From an uncultured Candidatus Rokubacteria bacterium (lineage in GTDB: Bacteria > Methylomirabilota > Methylomirabilia > Rokubacteriales > CSP1-6), in contig CAVYTA010000006.1 in NCBI GenBank assembly GCA_963771355.1, positions 1,600,001 through 1,664,000 of the forward strand: DNA of 64,000 bases. Reading direction: 5' to 3'. Made by a program: the position numbers and the translations under genes. A model generated the notes under the pieces. It saw only the letters and a list, made by a program, of their open reading frames with translations. It was not told the origin of the DNA and did no database searches. Each line of letters starts with the position of its first letter. Position 1 is the first letter of the stretch. Shown one piece after another: positions 41,129-50,363 of the stretch.

Positions 41129-41673
41129 CCCAATATCACCCAGAGCACCTTGGCCCGCTTGGACCCCAGGTTTTCCCAGACGTGGGGGCTGCCGCCATCC
41201 AGGTAAGCACTGTCTCCCGCCTTCAGGAGGTGGGTCTCATCATTGTAATGGAGTCCGACCTTGCCTTCGATGACATAGAGCAGCTTCATCTGGCCCGGCT
41301 CGAGGATCACCTTCTCGGTACGCACCCCCTTGCCGCGGGGCCCCAGCGTGGACATCACCGCCCGGATCTTGCCATGGAAGAGACCCGCACCGAGGACGTG
41401 CCACTTCTCGGAGCTTCCGTCGAACGACACCACGGGATAGTCCCGGCCTCGGGTGACGTGGAGGCGGCCGTTCGGCCCGGTCTCGAAGAGCGACGCGATG
41501 GAGACCCCCAGCGCGCCCGCCAGCTTGCCGAGGGTATGCAGGGAGGGCGTGAGACGCCCCGACTCGATCTGCGAGAGCATGCTCGGGGTCAACCCGGCCT
41601 TTTCCGCCAGCTGGCGCTGCTGGAGCGTCCGCTCCGCGCGCAGCGCCTTGATCCGCTCCCCGAGCGAGATCAC
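41125..41673 (-). CDS. XRE-family HTH regulator with cupin domain
   Basis: LAEKAGLTPSMLSQIESG, GDSAYLDG..PH.WEN. Confidence 0.92.
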   Translation of the reverse strand: MISLGERIKALRAERTLQQRQLAEKAGLTPSMLSQIESGRLTPSLHTLGKLAGALGVSIASLFETGPNGRLHVTRGRDYPVVSFDGSSEKWHVLGAGLFHGKIRAVMSTLGPRGKGVRTEKVILEPGQMKLLYVIEGKVGLHYNDETHLLKAGDSAYLDGGSPHVWENLGSKRAKVLWVILG

Positions 41674-42665
41674 GCTTCCGCCCGGAGTCCGGCCAGGCGG
41701 CGGAGCGCGCGCTCCACGTACACGCGCGTCATCTTCTTGCGGTACGGATGGGTGAAATCAGTGTTGTCCAGCGGCTTCGACGGCCGGCTCGCTCGATCCG
41801 CCGTCGTCGTGATGACCTCGGGGGTGAGGCGCTCGCCGACGAGCAGTCCCGCCGCCTCCGTGGCCTCGCGGGGCTGGGAGGCCACCGCACCGAGCACGAT
41901 CCGGGCGGTGCGCACGATGTCACCGTCCATGGTCAGCGCCACCGCCACCCCCAGCACCGGGAAGTCGAAGGCGCCGCGCCGCCGGAGCTTGAGATACTCG
42001 CAGCGCAGGCCCTCGGCGCGCGGCACCAGGATGTCGGTGAGCACCTCGTCCGGGCGCTTGGAAAGATACTGGATGCCGTCGTCCTGGTAGAGCGCGGTGA
42101 TGGGGATGACGCGCTCGCCGTCGGGGCCCACCAGCCGCACGTGGGCGCCCAGGCTCCAGAGCACCGGTGCGGTGTCGGAGGAGGACACCGCCCAGCAGCG
42201 CGAGCTGCCCGGCGCCACCAGGCAGATGTCGCCGTCCTTCTTCATGCAGAAGTTGACCGCCTTCCGCCACTGATAGGACTGGTTGTAGTAGTTGCAGCGC
42301 GTGTCCACGCAGACATTGCCGCCCAGGGTGCCCATGTTCCGGAGGATCGGCGTGGACACCACACCGGCCGCGGTGGCAAGCGCGGGAAAGGCCGCCACGA
42401 CATCGGCATGACGGGCCACCGCGGTGAGGGTGGTCCCCGCGCCGATGCGCAGCCCGCCCGTCGCCGTCGGCCCCACCCCGATGAGCTCGCGGAGGCCACG
42501 GAGCCCGACGAGGACGCTCGGCTCGAACTGCCGCCGCTTCATGTTGGGGTAGAGATCGGTGCCGCCGGCGACCAGCATGGCCGCCGGTCCGTGCTCGGCC
42601 ATGAGCTGGGCCGCGCCGGCCACGGAGTCGGGGGCTAGATAGCGGAAGGCGGGCAGGCGCATCAT
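41670..42665 (-). CDS. hcrB: 4-hydroxybenzoyl-CoA reductase beta (FAD) subunit
   Basis: AGGTDL, RNMGTLGGN, Cys-rich 4Fe-4S insert RCNYYNQ...C...C...RCWA characteristic of HcrB. Confidence 0.82.
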   Translation of the reverse strand: MMRLPAFRYLAPDSVAGAAQLMAEHGPAAMLVAGGTDLYPNMKRRQFEPSVLVGLRGLRELIGVGPTATGGLRIGAGTTLTAVARHADVVAAFPALATAAGVVSTPILRNMGTLGGNVCVDTRCNYYNQSYQWRKAVNFCMKKDGDICLVAPGSSRCWAVSSSDTAPVLWSLGAHVRLVGPDGERVIPITALYQDDGIQYLSKRPDEVLTDILVPRAEGLRCEYLKLRRRGAFDFPVLGVAVALTMDGDIVRTARIVLGAVASQPREATEAAGLLVGERLTPEVITTTADRASRPSKPLDNTDFTHPYRKKMTRVYVERALRRLAGLRAEA

Positions 42666-45064
42666 GAGAACGGCCGCTCCGCGATCCCCTCGGCGGGCAG
42701 GCCGAAGGCGGACTCCACCGCGCGCGGTGGAGGGAAGCTCAAGAGCGGGAGCCGGTCGGGTCCCACGCGCGGGCTCTTGCCCTGACGCTTGAGCTCGAGG
42801 CCACGGATCACCTTGTCCGGCGTGATCGGCGTCTCGTCCACCCGCACGCCCACCGCGGCGTACACCGCGTTGGCCACCGCGGGAATGATGGGCAGCAGCG
42901 GCCCCTGCCCCGCTTCCTTGGCCCCGAAGGGCCCCTCCGGATCGTCGGTCTCCACGAGGATGGTGTGGATGTCCGGTGTCTCCAGCGTGGTGGGGGTCTT
43001 GTACTCGAGCATGGAGGGGAACTTGTGCACGCCCTTCCGGAACACCTGCTCCTCCATGAGCACCTCGCCGAGCCCCATGTAGATGGAGCCCTCGACCTGG
43101 CCCTCGACCAGTAGCGGATTGAGCGCGCGCCCGATGTCGTGGGCGATCCAGATCTCGGTGGGCTTGACCTCGCCGGAGTCCGCGTCCACGTCCACCTCGA
43201 CCACGCACGCGGAGTAGGAATAGCACGGCGAGGGGCCGACGCCGCCCCCCTTGTACTTGCCCGCGCGCCGGGGCGGGGCGTAGGAGCCCGGGAACGCCAG
43301 CACGCCGTGCCGGCTCTCGCCCAGCACCACCGCCTCCGCGAAGGTCAGGCCGCGCTCCTCGTCGTCCGCCACGAAGACGCGGCCGTCCCGGGCGGCCAGA
43401 CGCTCCGGCTCCACCTCGAGCTTGCGGGCCACCGCGTCGAAGATGCGCGCGCGCAGCCGTTCCGCCGCCTGGATGGCGGCATTGCCCGCCATGAGGGTCA
43501 CCCGCGAGGAATAAGAACCGAGATCGACCGGCGTGAGGTCCGTGTCCGCGACGTGCACGCGGATGTCCTTGGGCGCGATGCCGAGCACTTCCGCCACCAG
43601 ATAGGCCAGGATGGAGTCCGAGCCCTGCCCGATGTCGGTGGCGCCACAGAGGACGGAGACGCCGCCGCTCCGGTCGGCGCGGACCACGACGCCCGAGTGC
43701 GGCATGTCGTTCCAGTAGATCGCGGTCCCCGCGCCGGTGAGATAGGACGAGCAGGCGATGCCGATGCCCTTGCCGGGCGGGAGCGCCTTCCATTTCTGCC
43801 GCCAGCCCGACGCCTCGACGACACGGTCGATGCACTCGCCCAGCCCGATGGTGGTCACGGTGAGGTGGTTGGCCGTCTTGGTGAAGGGCTCGGCGAGGTT
43901 GCGCCGCCGCATGTCCGCCGGATCGAGGCCCAGCTGCTCGGCCGCCTTGTCGATCTGGCACTCCATGGCGAAGCGGGGCTGGGGCGTGCCGTGCCCGCGC
44001 TTGGGCCCGCAGGGCGGCTTGTTGGTGAAGATGCGGGCGCCCTCGAACTTGTAGGCGGGAATCTTGTAGGTGACGGTCTGGAGCGCGCCCGTGTAGAAGG
44101 TGGAGGCCACGCCGTACGAGCCGTACGCCCCCCCGTCGAGCCAGGAGCGGAAGTGCATCCCGGTGATGCCGCCGTCCCGCCGGAAGCCCGTCTTCACCCA
44201 CATGAGCACGGGGTGCCGCCCGCGATGCACGTAGAAAACCTCCTCGCGAGTGAGCGCGATCTTCACCGGCCGACCGGTGAGCTGGGAGAGCTTGCACGCG
44301 GCGATCTCGTGGGCGAAGGGATCGAGCTTGCCGCCGAAGCCGCCGCCCACCGGCGCCGCCACCACGCGGATATGCGCCTGGGGCATGTCGAGGATCTTGC
44401 CCAGCAGCCGGTGCACGTAGTGCGGGGTCTGGGTGGAGGACCAGAGGGTGAGCTTCCCATCCGGGCCGAACTGCGCCACCGCCGCGTGCTGCTCCATGGG
44501 CAGGTGCGTGTTGCCCTCGAAGAAGAAGACATCCTCCCGGACGAGGTCCGCGGCGGCGAAGGCTGCCTCGACATCGCCGAACTGGAGCGCCACCGCCTTG
44601 TGGACATTCGGTGCGTCGCCATACTCGTGGATGCGCACCTCGGGATGCGCCAGGGAGTCCTCGATGGACATGAGCGCGCGCAAGGGCTCATAGTCGACCG
44701 CAATCAGCTCGGTGGCGCGCTCCGCCGTCTCCTCGTCCACCGCGGCGACCGCCGCCACCGGATCCCCCACCATCCGCACCTTGTCCACGCACAGGGCTTC
44801 CTCGTCCTGCGAGACGGGCAGGATGCCGAACTTGACGCGGGGAAGATCGTGGCCGGTGATGACGGCGTAGACGCCGGGCAGGGCCGCCGCACGGGTGGTG
44901 TCGATCCCCTTGATCCGCGCGTGCGGGTGCGGGCTCCGCAGCAGCTTGCCGAAGGCCATCCGCGGGAGAACCAGGTCGTCCGCGAACTTGGTATCGCCCG
45001 TCACCTTGGCCCAGGCGTCGATCTTGGGCAGGGACTTTCCGATCACCGAGAAGCGCTTGCTCAT
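42662..45064 (-). CDS. hcrA: 4-hydroxybenzoyl-CoA reductase alpha (molybdopterin) subunit
   Basis: VGGGFGGK, GAYGSYG, PCGPKRGHG, GSYSSRVT, GPFGAKEAG. Confidence 0.8.
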   Translation of the reverse strand: MSKRFSVIGKSLPKIDAWAKVTGDTKFADDLVLPRMAFGKLLRSPHPHARIKGIDTTRAAALPGVYAVITGHDLPRVKFGILPVSQDEEALCVDKVRMVGDPVAAVAAVDEETAERATELIAVDYEPLRALMSIEDSLAHPEVRIHEYGDAPNVHKAVALQFGDVEAAFAAADLVREDVFFFEGNTHLPMEQHAAVAQFGPDGKLTLWSSTQTPHYVHRLLGKILDMPQAHIRVVAAPVGGGFGGKLDPFAHEIAACKLSQLTGRPVKIALTREEVFYVHRGRHPVLMWVKTGFRRDGGITGMHFRSWLDGGAYGSYGVASTFYTGALQTVTYKIPAYKFEGARIFTNKPPCGPKRGHGTPQPRFAMECQIDKAAEQLGLDPADMRRRNLAEPFTKTANHLTVTTIGLGECIDRVVEASGWRQKWKALPPGKGIGIACSSYLTGAGTAIYWNDMPHSGVVVRADRSGGVSVLCGATDIGQGSDSILAYLVAEVLGIAPKDIRVHVADTDLTPVDLGSYSSRVTLMAGNAAIQAAERLRARIFDAVARKLEVEPERLAARDGRVFVADDEERGLTFAEAVVLGESRHGVLAFPGSYAPPRRAGKYKGGGVGPSPCYSYSACVVEVDVDADSGEVKPTEIWIAHDIGRALNPLLVEGQVEGSIYMGLGEVLMEEQVFRKGVHKFPSMLEYKTPTTLETPDIHTILVETDDPEGPFGAKEAGQGPLLPIIPAVANAVYAAVGVRVDETPITPDKVIRGLELKRQGKSPRVGPDRLPLLSFPPPRAVESAFGLPAEGIAERPFS

Positions 45065-45567
45065 GTCCGCGCCTCCTTCCTGGCCTCTTCCCCGCGCGCT
45101 CCGCTGACGCGCAGGGCTGCCAGCTCGACCGCCTCGAGAATCTTGGTGTAGCCCGTGCACCGGCACAGATTGCCGGCCAGCGCGTGGCGAATCTCATCCC
45201 GCGTCGGCGCCGGATTGTCCGCCAGCAACGCCTGGGCGGTGAGAAGAATGCCCGGCGTGCAGTAGCCGCACTGGGCCGCGCCCAGCTCGGCGAAGGCCTG
45301 CTGGAGCGGGTGGAGCCGGCCGCCCTCCGCCATGCCTTCCACGGTGGTGATCCGGCGCCCCTGGCACTCCAGGGGCAGCGCGAGGCAGGAGAGCACGGGC
45401 TCACCGTCCAGGAGCACGGTGCAGGTGCCGCACTCGCCCAGCTCACAGCCATGTTTCGTCCCGGTCAGCCCGAGATCCTCGCGGAGCACTTCCAGGAGGG
45501 TCTTGTGCGCCGGGGCGAGGATATCCCGCGTCTCGCCGTTGACGGTGAGCGACAGGAGGACCTTCAT
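45061..45567 (-). CDS. hcrC: 4-hydroxybenzoyl-CoA reductase gamma (2x 2Fe-2S) subunit
   Basis: GTKHGCELGECGTC, QCGYCTPG, NLCRCTGY. Confidence 0.82.
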   Translation of the reverse strand: MKVLLSLTVNGETRDILAPAHKTLLEVLREDLGLTGTKHGCELGECGTCTVLLDGEPVLSCLALPLECQGRRITTVEGMAEGGRLHPLQQAFAELGAAQCGYCTPGILLTAQALLADNPAPTRDEIRHALAGNLCRCTGYTKILEAVELAALRVSGARGEEARKEART

Positions 45568-45595
45568 GGACGCTTTCTCGATCGCGAAAGCACGA

Positions 45596-45628
45596 TTAAG
45601 TAGTACTAAACTCATGGGACGACGTCAA
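45596..45628 (-). promoter_or_regulatory. putative promoter/operator of the hcr-box operon
   Basis: AT-rich imperfect palindrome TTAAGTAGTACTAAA (12/15 symmetric, 45596-45610) and TTGACG -35-like hexamer (45628-45623). Confidence 0.55.
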
Positions 45629-45657
45629 GACATCGGCGCGCCCGCGGAGGGGACCTT

Positions 45658-46149
45658 TCACGGGCGCGGCCTGACCCGGGAGGGCGAACCAGCGAGGCAC
45701 GCACTCGAGGAGGCGACGTAGGCGGGGCCGAACCGCCGGCGCAGGCCCGGCTCCTCGTAGCGGACGATCCAGAGGTGAATCATGGTGGCATAGAATGCCG
45801 CGTACAGGAGGAGTGATAGCTCGCCGCGGAACAGGAAAAATCCCACCAGCCTGACGAAGTAGGCGAAGTAGGTCGGATTCCTCGAGTGCTGGTAGGGACC
45901 CGATCGCACCAACCGCCGAGGAGGATTAACGGGGACTGGCGTCCCCTGACCCTCCCGGAGGAACAGGCCCCAGCACCACACGACGAGAATGGTACCCGCC
46001 GTCAGCAGACCTCCGCCGACGGCGCGGGCGAGCGCCCAGTCCATATCCGGCCAGCCGAGCGTGGTATTGAAGTAGACCATCCCCACCGGACCGGCGATGA
46101 AGACGGCGCCGAGGAGTCCCCCTCCGAGGAGCGCGGTGGCGAGCATCAC
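45658..46149 (-). CDS. isoprenylcysteine carboxyl methyltransferase/PEMT-family membrane protein, probable frameshift near 45710
   Basis: GQGTP.P..PP.RLV..GPY..SRNP.Y, YEEP.L..RFG; VPRW lies in another frame. Confidence 0.8.
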   Translation of the reverse strand: MMLATALLGGGLLGAVFIAGPVGMVYFNTTLGWPDMDWALARAVGGGLLTAGTILVVWCWGLFLREGQGTPVPVNPPRRLVRSGPYQHSRNPTYFAYFVRLVGFFLFRGELSLLLYAAFYATMIHLWIVRYEEPGLRRRFGPAYVASSSACLAGSPSRVRPRP

Positions 46150-46298
46150 GATGAGGCCACCGGCGATGGCCGAGGATGGGATCGATGAGGCCGGGGATGG
46201 GCACGAAGCTCGTGGCGCAGATGATTCGTTTCACGTGGGAGAACAAAATCACCGCCGAGAGAATCCCGTCGTGCGCCGAGCCGGAGTAAGATGGCCCG

Positions 46299-47220
46299 GT
46301 GCCCGAGACACGGCTCATGTCCATGCGGGAGGCGGTGGCCCGCTTCGTCCCCGATGGCAGCGCGGTTTGCATGGGCACGGCGCTCGAGGCGGCCATTCCC
46401 TTCGCCGCCGGCCACGAGCTGATTCGCCAGGGCCGGCGGAACCTCACCCTGATCGGTCCCATCTCGGACATCCTCTTCGACCAGCTGGTCGGGGCCGGAC
46501 TGCGTCGCGCGCATCGTGGCCGCGTGGGTGGGAAACGTGAGCGCGGGGCTCGGCCACAACTACCGGCGCGCCTGCGAGCAGGGGGTGCCCGCTCCCCTCG
46601 CCGTCGAGGACCACTCCAACCTGACGCTCGCGGTGGCGCTCCTCGCCGGCGCCATCGGCGCGCCGTACATTCCCACGCGCTCGCTCCTGGGCACCGGGCT
46701 GCTGGAGTCGAATCCCCGCTTCCGGCCGGCCCAGGATCCCTGGTCGGGCCATCCGGTGATCCTGGTCCCCGCGCTGACGCCCGACGTCGCCATCCTGCAC
46801 GTCCAGCGCGCCGATGCGCAGGGGCACGCGCATGCTTGGGGCACGCTCGGCGTCACCCGCGACGCGGCGCTGGCCGCCCGCCGCGTCATCGTGGTGGCGG
46901 AGGAGATCCGGTCCGCCGACGAGATCCTGAGCGATCCCAACCTCGTCCTGGCGCCGCCGATGAAAGTCGCCGCGGTCGTACATGAGCCCTTCGGGGCCTT
47001 CCCGTCCCCGCTGCAGGGCTTCTACGCCCGCGACCACGAGTTCTTCCACCGCTATCACGAGGAGTCGCGCACGGTGGAGGGCACGCGCGCCTGGCTCGAG
47101 CGCTGGGTGCTCGGCGTCGAGGACTGGCGGGACTTCCGGGACCGGCTGGGTGCGGCTCGGCTCGAGGCGGTACGCGTGAAGACCGCGCGGCCGGCGCTGC
47201 CGGCGGACTTCGGCGCATGA
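46299..47220 (+). CDS. family I CoA-transferase subunit A (GctA-like), frameshift near 46500
   Basis: Frame 1 FAAGHELIRQG...DQLVGAG continues in the other frame as CVARIVAAWVGN...PDVAILHVQRAD. Confidence 0.85.
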
Positions 47221-48002
47221 GCCTGCCCGTCCGGCCCATTCCCGCCGGATTCACGGAGCGCGAGCTGATGGTCATCGCCGCCGGCCGCGAGATCCGCGAC
47301 GGCGAAGTGGTGTTCGTGGGCATGCGGCTTCCGCTCATCGCGTTCGCGTTCGCCAAGCGCACCCATGCGCCCGGCGCGCTGGGACTCTTCGAGAACGGGA
47401 TCGTTCGCGACCGTCCCGCGCCCGCCACCCTCATGACCATGAGCGATACGCCCAATCTCCCGGGGGCGGTGTGGTCGACGGGCACGCGGGAGATCATGGG
47501 GCTGCTCCAGCAAGGCCTGGTGGACATGGGCTTCATCGGCGGCGCCGAGATCGATCGCTACGGGAATCTCAACACCAACTACGTGGGGGAGTGGCGACGG
47601 CCGAAGGTGCGGCTGCCTGGGTCGGGCGGAGGCAGCGACATCGCGAGCCTGTCGAAGCGGTTCGTCGTGATCATGCCGCAGGAGAAGCACCGCTTCCGCG
47701 AGCGGGTGGATTTCATCACCTCCCCCGGCTTCGGCGACGGGCCGGGCTGGCGCGCACGGGTCGGCCTGGCCGGAGGCGGCCCTACCGCGGTGATCACCAC
47801 CCTGGCGGTGTTTCGCTTCGATCCCGCCAGCGCGGAAATGGTGCTGGCGTCCTATCATCCGGGGCAGAGCGTGGAGACGGTCCGCGACGCCACCGGCTGG
47901 GATCTCCGCGTGGCGCGCGACGTGCGTGAGACGCCCACCCCCACCGCCGATGAGCTCGCCGTGGTCCGCGACTGCGACCGGGAAGGGTTCTGGACCCGCT
48001 GA
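47217..48002 (+). CDS. family I CoA-transferase subunit B (GctB-like)
   Basis: LFENG, GGAEIDRYGNLN, RLPGSGG, VDFITSPG. Confidence 0.92.
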   Translation: MSLPVRPIPAGFTERELMVIAAGREIRDGEVVFVGMRLPLIAFAFAKRTHAPGALGLFENGIVRDRPAPATLMTMSDTPNLPGAVWSTGTREIMGLLQQGLVDMGFIGGAEIDRYGNLNTNYVGEWRRPKVRLPGSGGGSDIASLSKRFVVIMPQEKHRFRERVDFITSPGFGDGPGWRARVGLAGGGPTAVITTLAVFRFDPASAEMVLASYHPGQSVETVRDATGWDLRVARDVRETPTPTADELAVVRDCDREGFWTR

Positions 48003-48037
48003 GCCGTCCGGCGCCGGCGGACCGGCGACGGTGGCTG

Positions 48038-49291
48038 ATGTGGGGAGTCCCGGCCTTTCTCTTCCTCCTCGCCTTTCTCCATCGCGTGGCGCCGGGCGTG
48101 ATCGCGAAGGACCTCATGCAGGCATTCGGCGCCACCGGCACCCTGGTGGGACTTCTCTCCGCGACTTACTTCTACAGCTACTCCGGATTCATGCTGCCGG
48201 GCGGGCTCCTCATCGACGCGCTGGGGGCGCGTCGGGTGGTCGCGGCGGGCGGCGCGGTCATGGGGCTCGGCACCCTGGCGATGGCGGCGGCGGAGACGTC
48301 GAGCGTGCTCTTCACGGGCCGCTTCGTGATCGGCGCCGGGGCCACCGTCACCTTCATCGGCGCCATGAAGCTCGGCGCCGCCTGGTTCCCGCCCGAGCGC
48401 TTCGGGACCATCTCGGCGATCACGGCCACAGTCGGCGTGCTCGGCTCCCTCATCGCCAATGCGCCGCTGGCGGCGCTGGTGGCCTGGGTGGGCTGGCGCG
48501 GCGCCTTCTGGATCATCGGCGCGGTCACGCTCCTGGGGGCCGCGCTGTGCCTCGCCGTCGTTCGCGACTTCCCCGAGGGGGCGAGCGGGGCCTCGGAGCG
48601 CGCCCCCGGGATGCGCGAAGTCCTCGCCGGGACGGTGTCGGTGCTGCGGAATCCCCATACCTGGCCGCCCTTCCTGTCCTTCTTCTTCCTCTACGCGGCC
48701 ATGGGCAACCTCATGCTCTGGGTGGTCCCCTTCCTCCGCGACGTCTACGGGCTCACCATGACGCAGGCCGCGGTGTACGCGACCGCCACGCCGCTCGCGC
48801 TGCTCGTCTCGGGTCCCCTGACCGGCTGGGTGTCGGATACCGCCCTCGGACGCCGCAAGCTCCCCTATGTCGTGCTCTCCGTCGCGCTCTTCGCGCTGTG
48901 GTGCGCGCTCGCGGGGACGGCGGGGGCCCTGCCGCTGGCGGGGGTCTTCGCGCTGCTCTTCGGCATGGGCGCGGTGGGCAGCGCCTTCGTCCTCACCTGG
49001 CCCATCGGGCGCGAAGTGAATCCCCCGCACCTGGCGGGCAGCGCGGTGGCGGTGGTGAACCTGGGCGGCTTCGTCGGCGCCGCGCTCACCCAGGGGCCCA
49101 TCGGCGCCGTGCTCGACGCGCGCTGGGCTGGCGTGCTGGTGGACGGCGCGCGCGTCTACCCGGCGGACGCGTATCGCGCGGCCTTCGCGGTCTGCGCGGG
49201 CTTTCTCGCCGCGGCGGTGCTGATCAGTGTCTTCGTGAAGGAGACGCGCGGCCGGAATATCTACGAGGAGCTTCGAGGGCGACGGGTCTAG
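48038..49291 (+). CDS. MFS transporter
   Basis: About 12 TM helices, GLLIDALGARR, GWVSD...RRK. Confidence 0.9.
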   Translation: MWGVPAFLFLLAFLHRVAPGVIAKDLMQAFGATGTLVGLLSATYFYSYSGFMLPGGLLIDALGARRVVAAGGAVMGLGTLAMAAAETSSVLFTGRFVIGAGATVTFIGAMKLGAAWFPPERFGTISAITATVGVLGSLIANAPLAALVAWVGWRGAFWIIGAVTLLGAALCLAVVRDFPEGASGASERAPGMREVLAGTVSVLRNPHTWPPFLSFFFLYAAMGNLMLWVVPFLRDVYGLTMTQAAVYATATPLALLVSGPLTGWVSDTALGRRKLPYVVLSVALFALWCALAGTAGALPLAGVFALLFGMGAVGSAFVLTWPIGREVNPPHLAGSAVAVVNLGGFVGAALTQGPIGAVLDARWAGVLVDGARVYPADAYRAAFAVCAGFLAAAVLISVFVKETRGRNIYEELRGRRV

Positions 49292-49569
49292 CGACGCGCT
49301 TCGAGTCGCAGAAGTCGACGCTCCACGCGGCGGAGGTCGCGCCGAACTTCCTGCTGGAATCGATCGAGCCGTTCGACGAGCCCGACATGACCTTCGGCGA
49401 TCGCCCGCACGTCCGCCCGAAGGCTCTCGCCGACGACATCGAAGTGGCGGCGGGTCTCTTCGAAGTAGCGATGCGTTTCGCCCGCGGAGCTACCAATCAA
49501 GTCCTGGACCAAGACCCGGATCTGCTCCAGCCACCGAGCGGGCATCTCCTCGGGAAGATCGCGGTCCAT
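49288..49569 (-). CDS. small hypothetical coiled-coil protein
   Basis: ETRRHFDVVGESLRADVRAIAEG...heptad pattern; fills the gap between convergent genes; start 49569 or 49599. Confidence 0.6.
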   Translation of the reverse strand: MDRDLPEEMPARWLEQIRVLVQDLIGSSAGETHRYFEETRRHFDVVGESLRADVRAIAEGHVGLVERLDRFQQEVRRDLRRVERRLLRLEARR

Positions 49570-49627
49570 GCCGACACTCTTTCCCCCCGTCAGCTCCATG
49601 TCAATCCGTATCCCGTCGGATACCCAC

Positions 49628-50356
49628 TCACGCGCGGTCGAGGAACCCCTCGGTCATCGCGTTGACCTCGGGGACCCCGGCGCGGGCCAGCGCGTTGATG
49701 CGCGCCTTCATCTCCGCCATGGGACGGAAGGGCTTGGCGGCCAGGCGCTCGGCATAGGCGAGGGTGGCGTCGGCCAGCCGCGCGCCCGGATGCACCTCGT
49801 TGACGAGCCCCAGGCTGAGCGCCTCGGCCGCCGCATAGCGCCGTCCCCCGATGATGATCTCCTTGGCACGCGAGGGCCCCACGAAGCGCACGAAGCGCGT
49901 GGTGGTGCCCACGCCGAGCGGCACCCCCAGGTCCACCTCGGGAATCCAGAACTCCGCCTCCGCGGCCGCGAGCCGGAAGTCGCAGGCCAGGGTCAGGCCC
50001 CAGCCGCCCCCCACCGCGTGGCCGTTCACCGCCGCCACCGACACTTGCTCGAGCCCCTCGAGCAGCGTGTTGGCGCGCTCGAAGAGCCGGCGGAACTGGC
50101 TCTTGCGCGACGTGAACATCGTCCGCCGCTCCGCCTCCGACATCCCCTTCTTGAAGGGCGCGTCGGCGCCGGCGGAGAACACCGGCGGCGTCCCCGTCAC
50201 GATGACCACCCGGGTGGAGGCGTCGTCGCGGAGCTCGGCGAAGGCGGCGCCGAGGTCGGCGAGCATCTCGTCGCTGAGAGAGTTCCGACGGTCGGGGCGC
50301 GCCAGGGTGACGGTGGCGATGACGCCCTTGCGCGTGAGCGTGATGTTGTCGGCCAT
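49628..50356 (-). CDS. enoyl-CoA hydratase/isomerase family protein
   Basis: FSAGAD, AAVNGHAVGGG, IPEVDLG. Confidence 0.92.
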   Translation of the reverse strand: MADNITLTRKGVIATVTLARPDRRNSLSDEMLADLGAAFAELRDDASTRVVIVTGTPPVFSAGADAPFKKGMSEAERRTMFTSRKSQFRRLFERANTLLEGLEQVSVAAVNGHAVGGGWGLTLACDFRLAAAEAEFWIPEVDLGVPLGVGTTTRFVRFVGPSRAKEIIIGGRRYAAAEALSLGLVNEVHPGARLADATLAYAERLAAKPFRPMAEMKARINALARAGVPEVNAMTEGFLDRA

Positions 50357-50363
50357 GGGGACC

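Noticed and set aside
42666..44297. Long N-terminal extension of hcrB (875-aa ORF); likewise extensions of ORFs 28657, 12032, 56771 and 58959
   Set aside because: Extensions overlap the upstream gene out of frame; real starts overlap the upstream stop codons or lie just after them
41670..45567. Aerobic CO dehydrogenase (coxSLM), given coxG at 56.8 kb
   Set aside because: Large subunit has AYGSYG rather than the CoxL AYxCSFR loop, and the FAD subunit has the HcrB-type Cys insert
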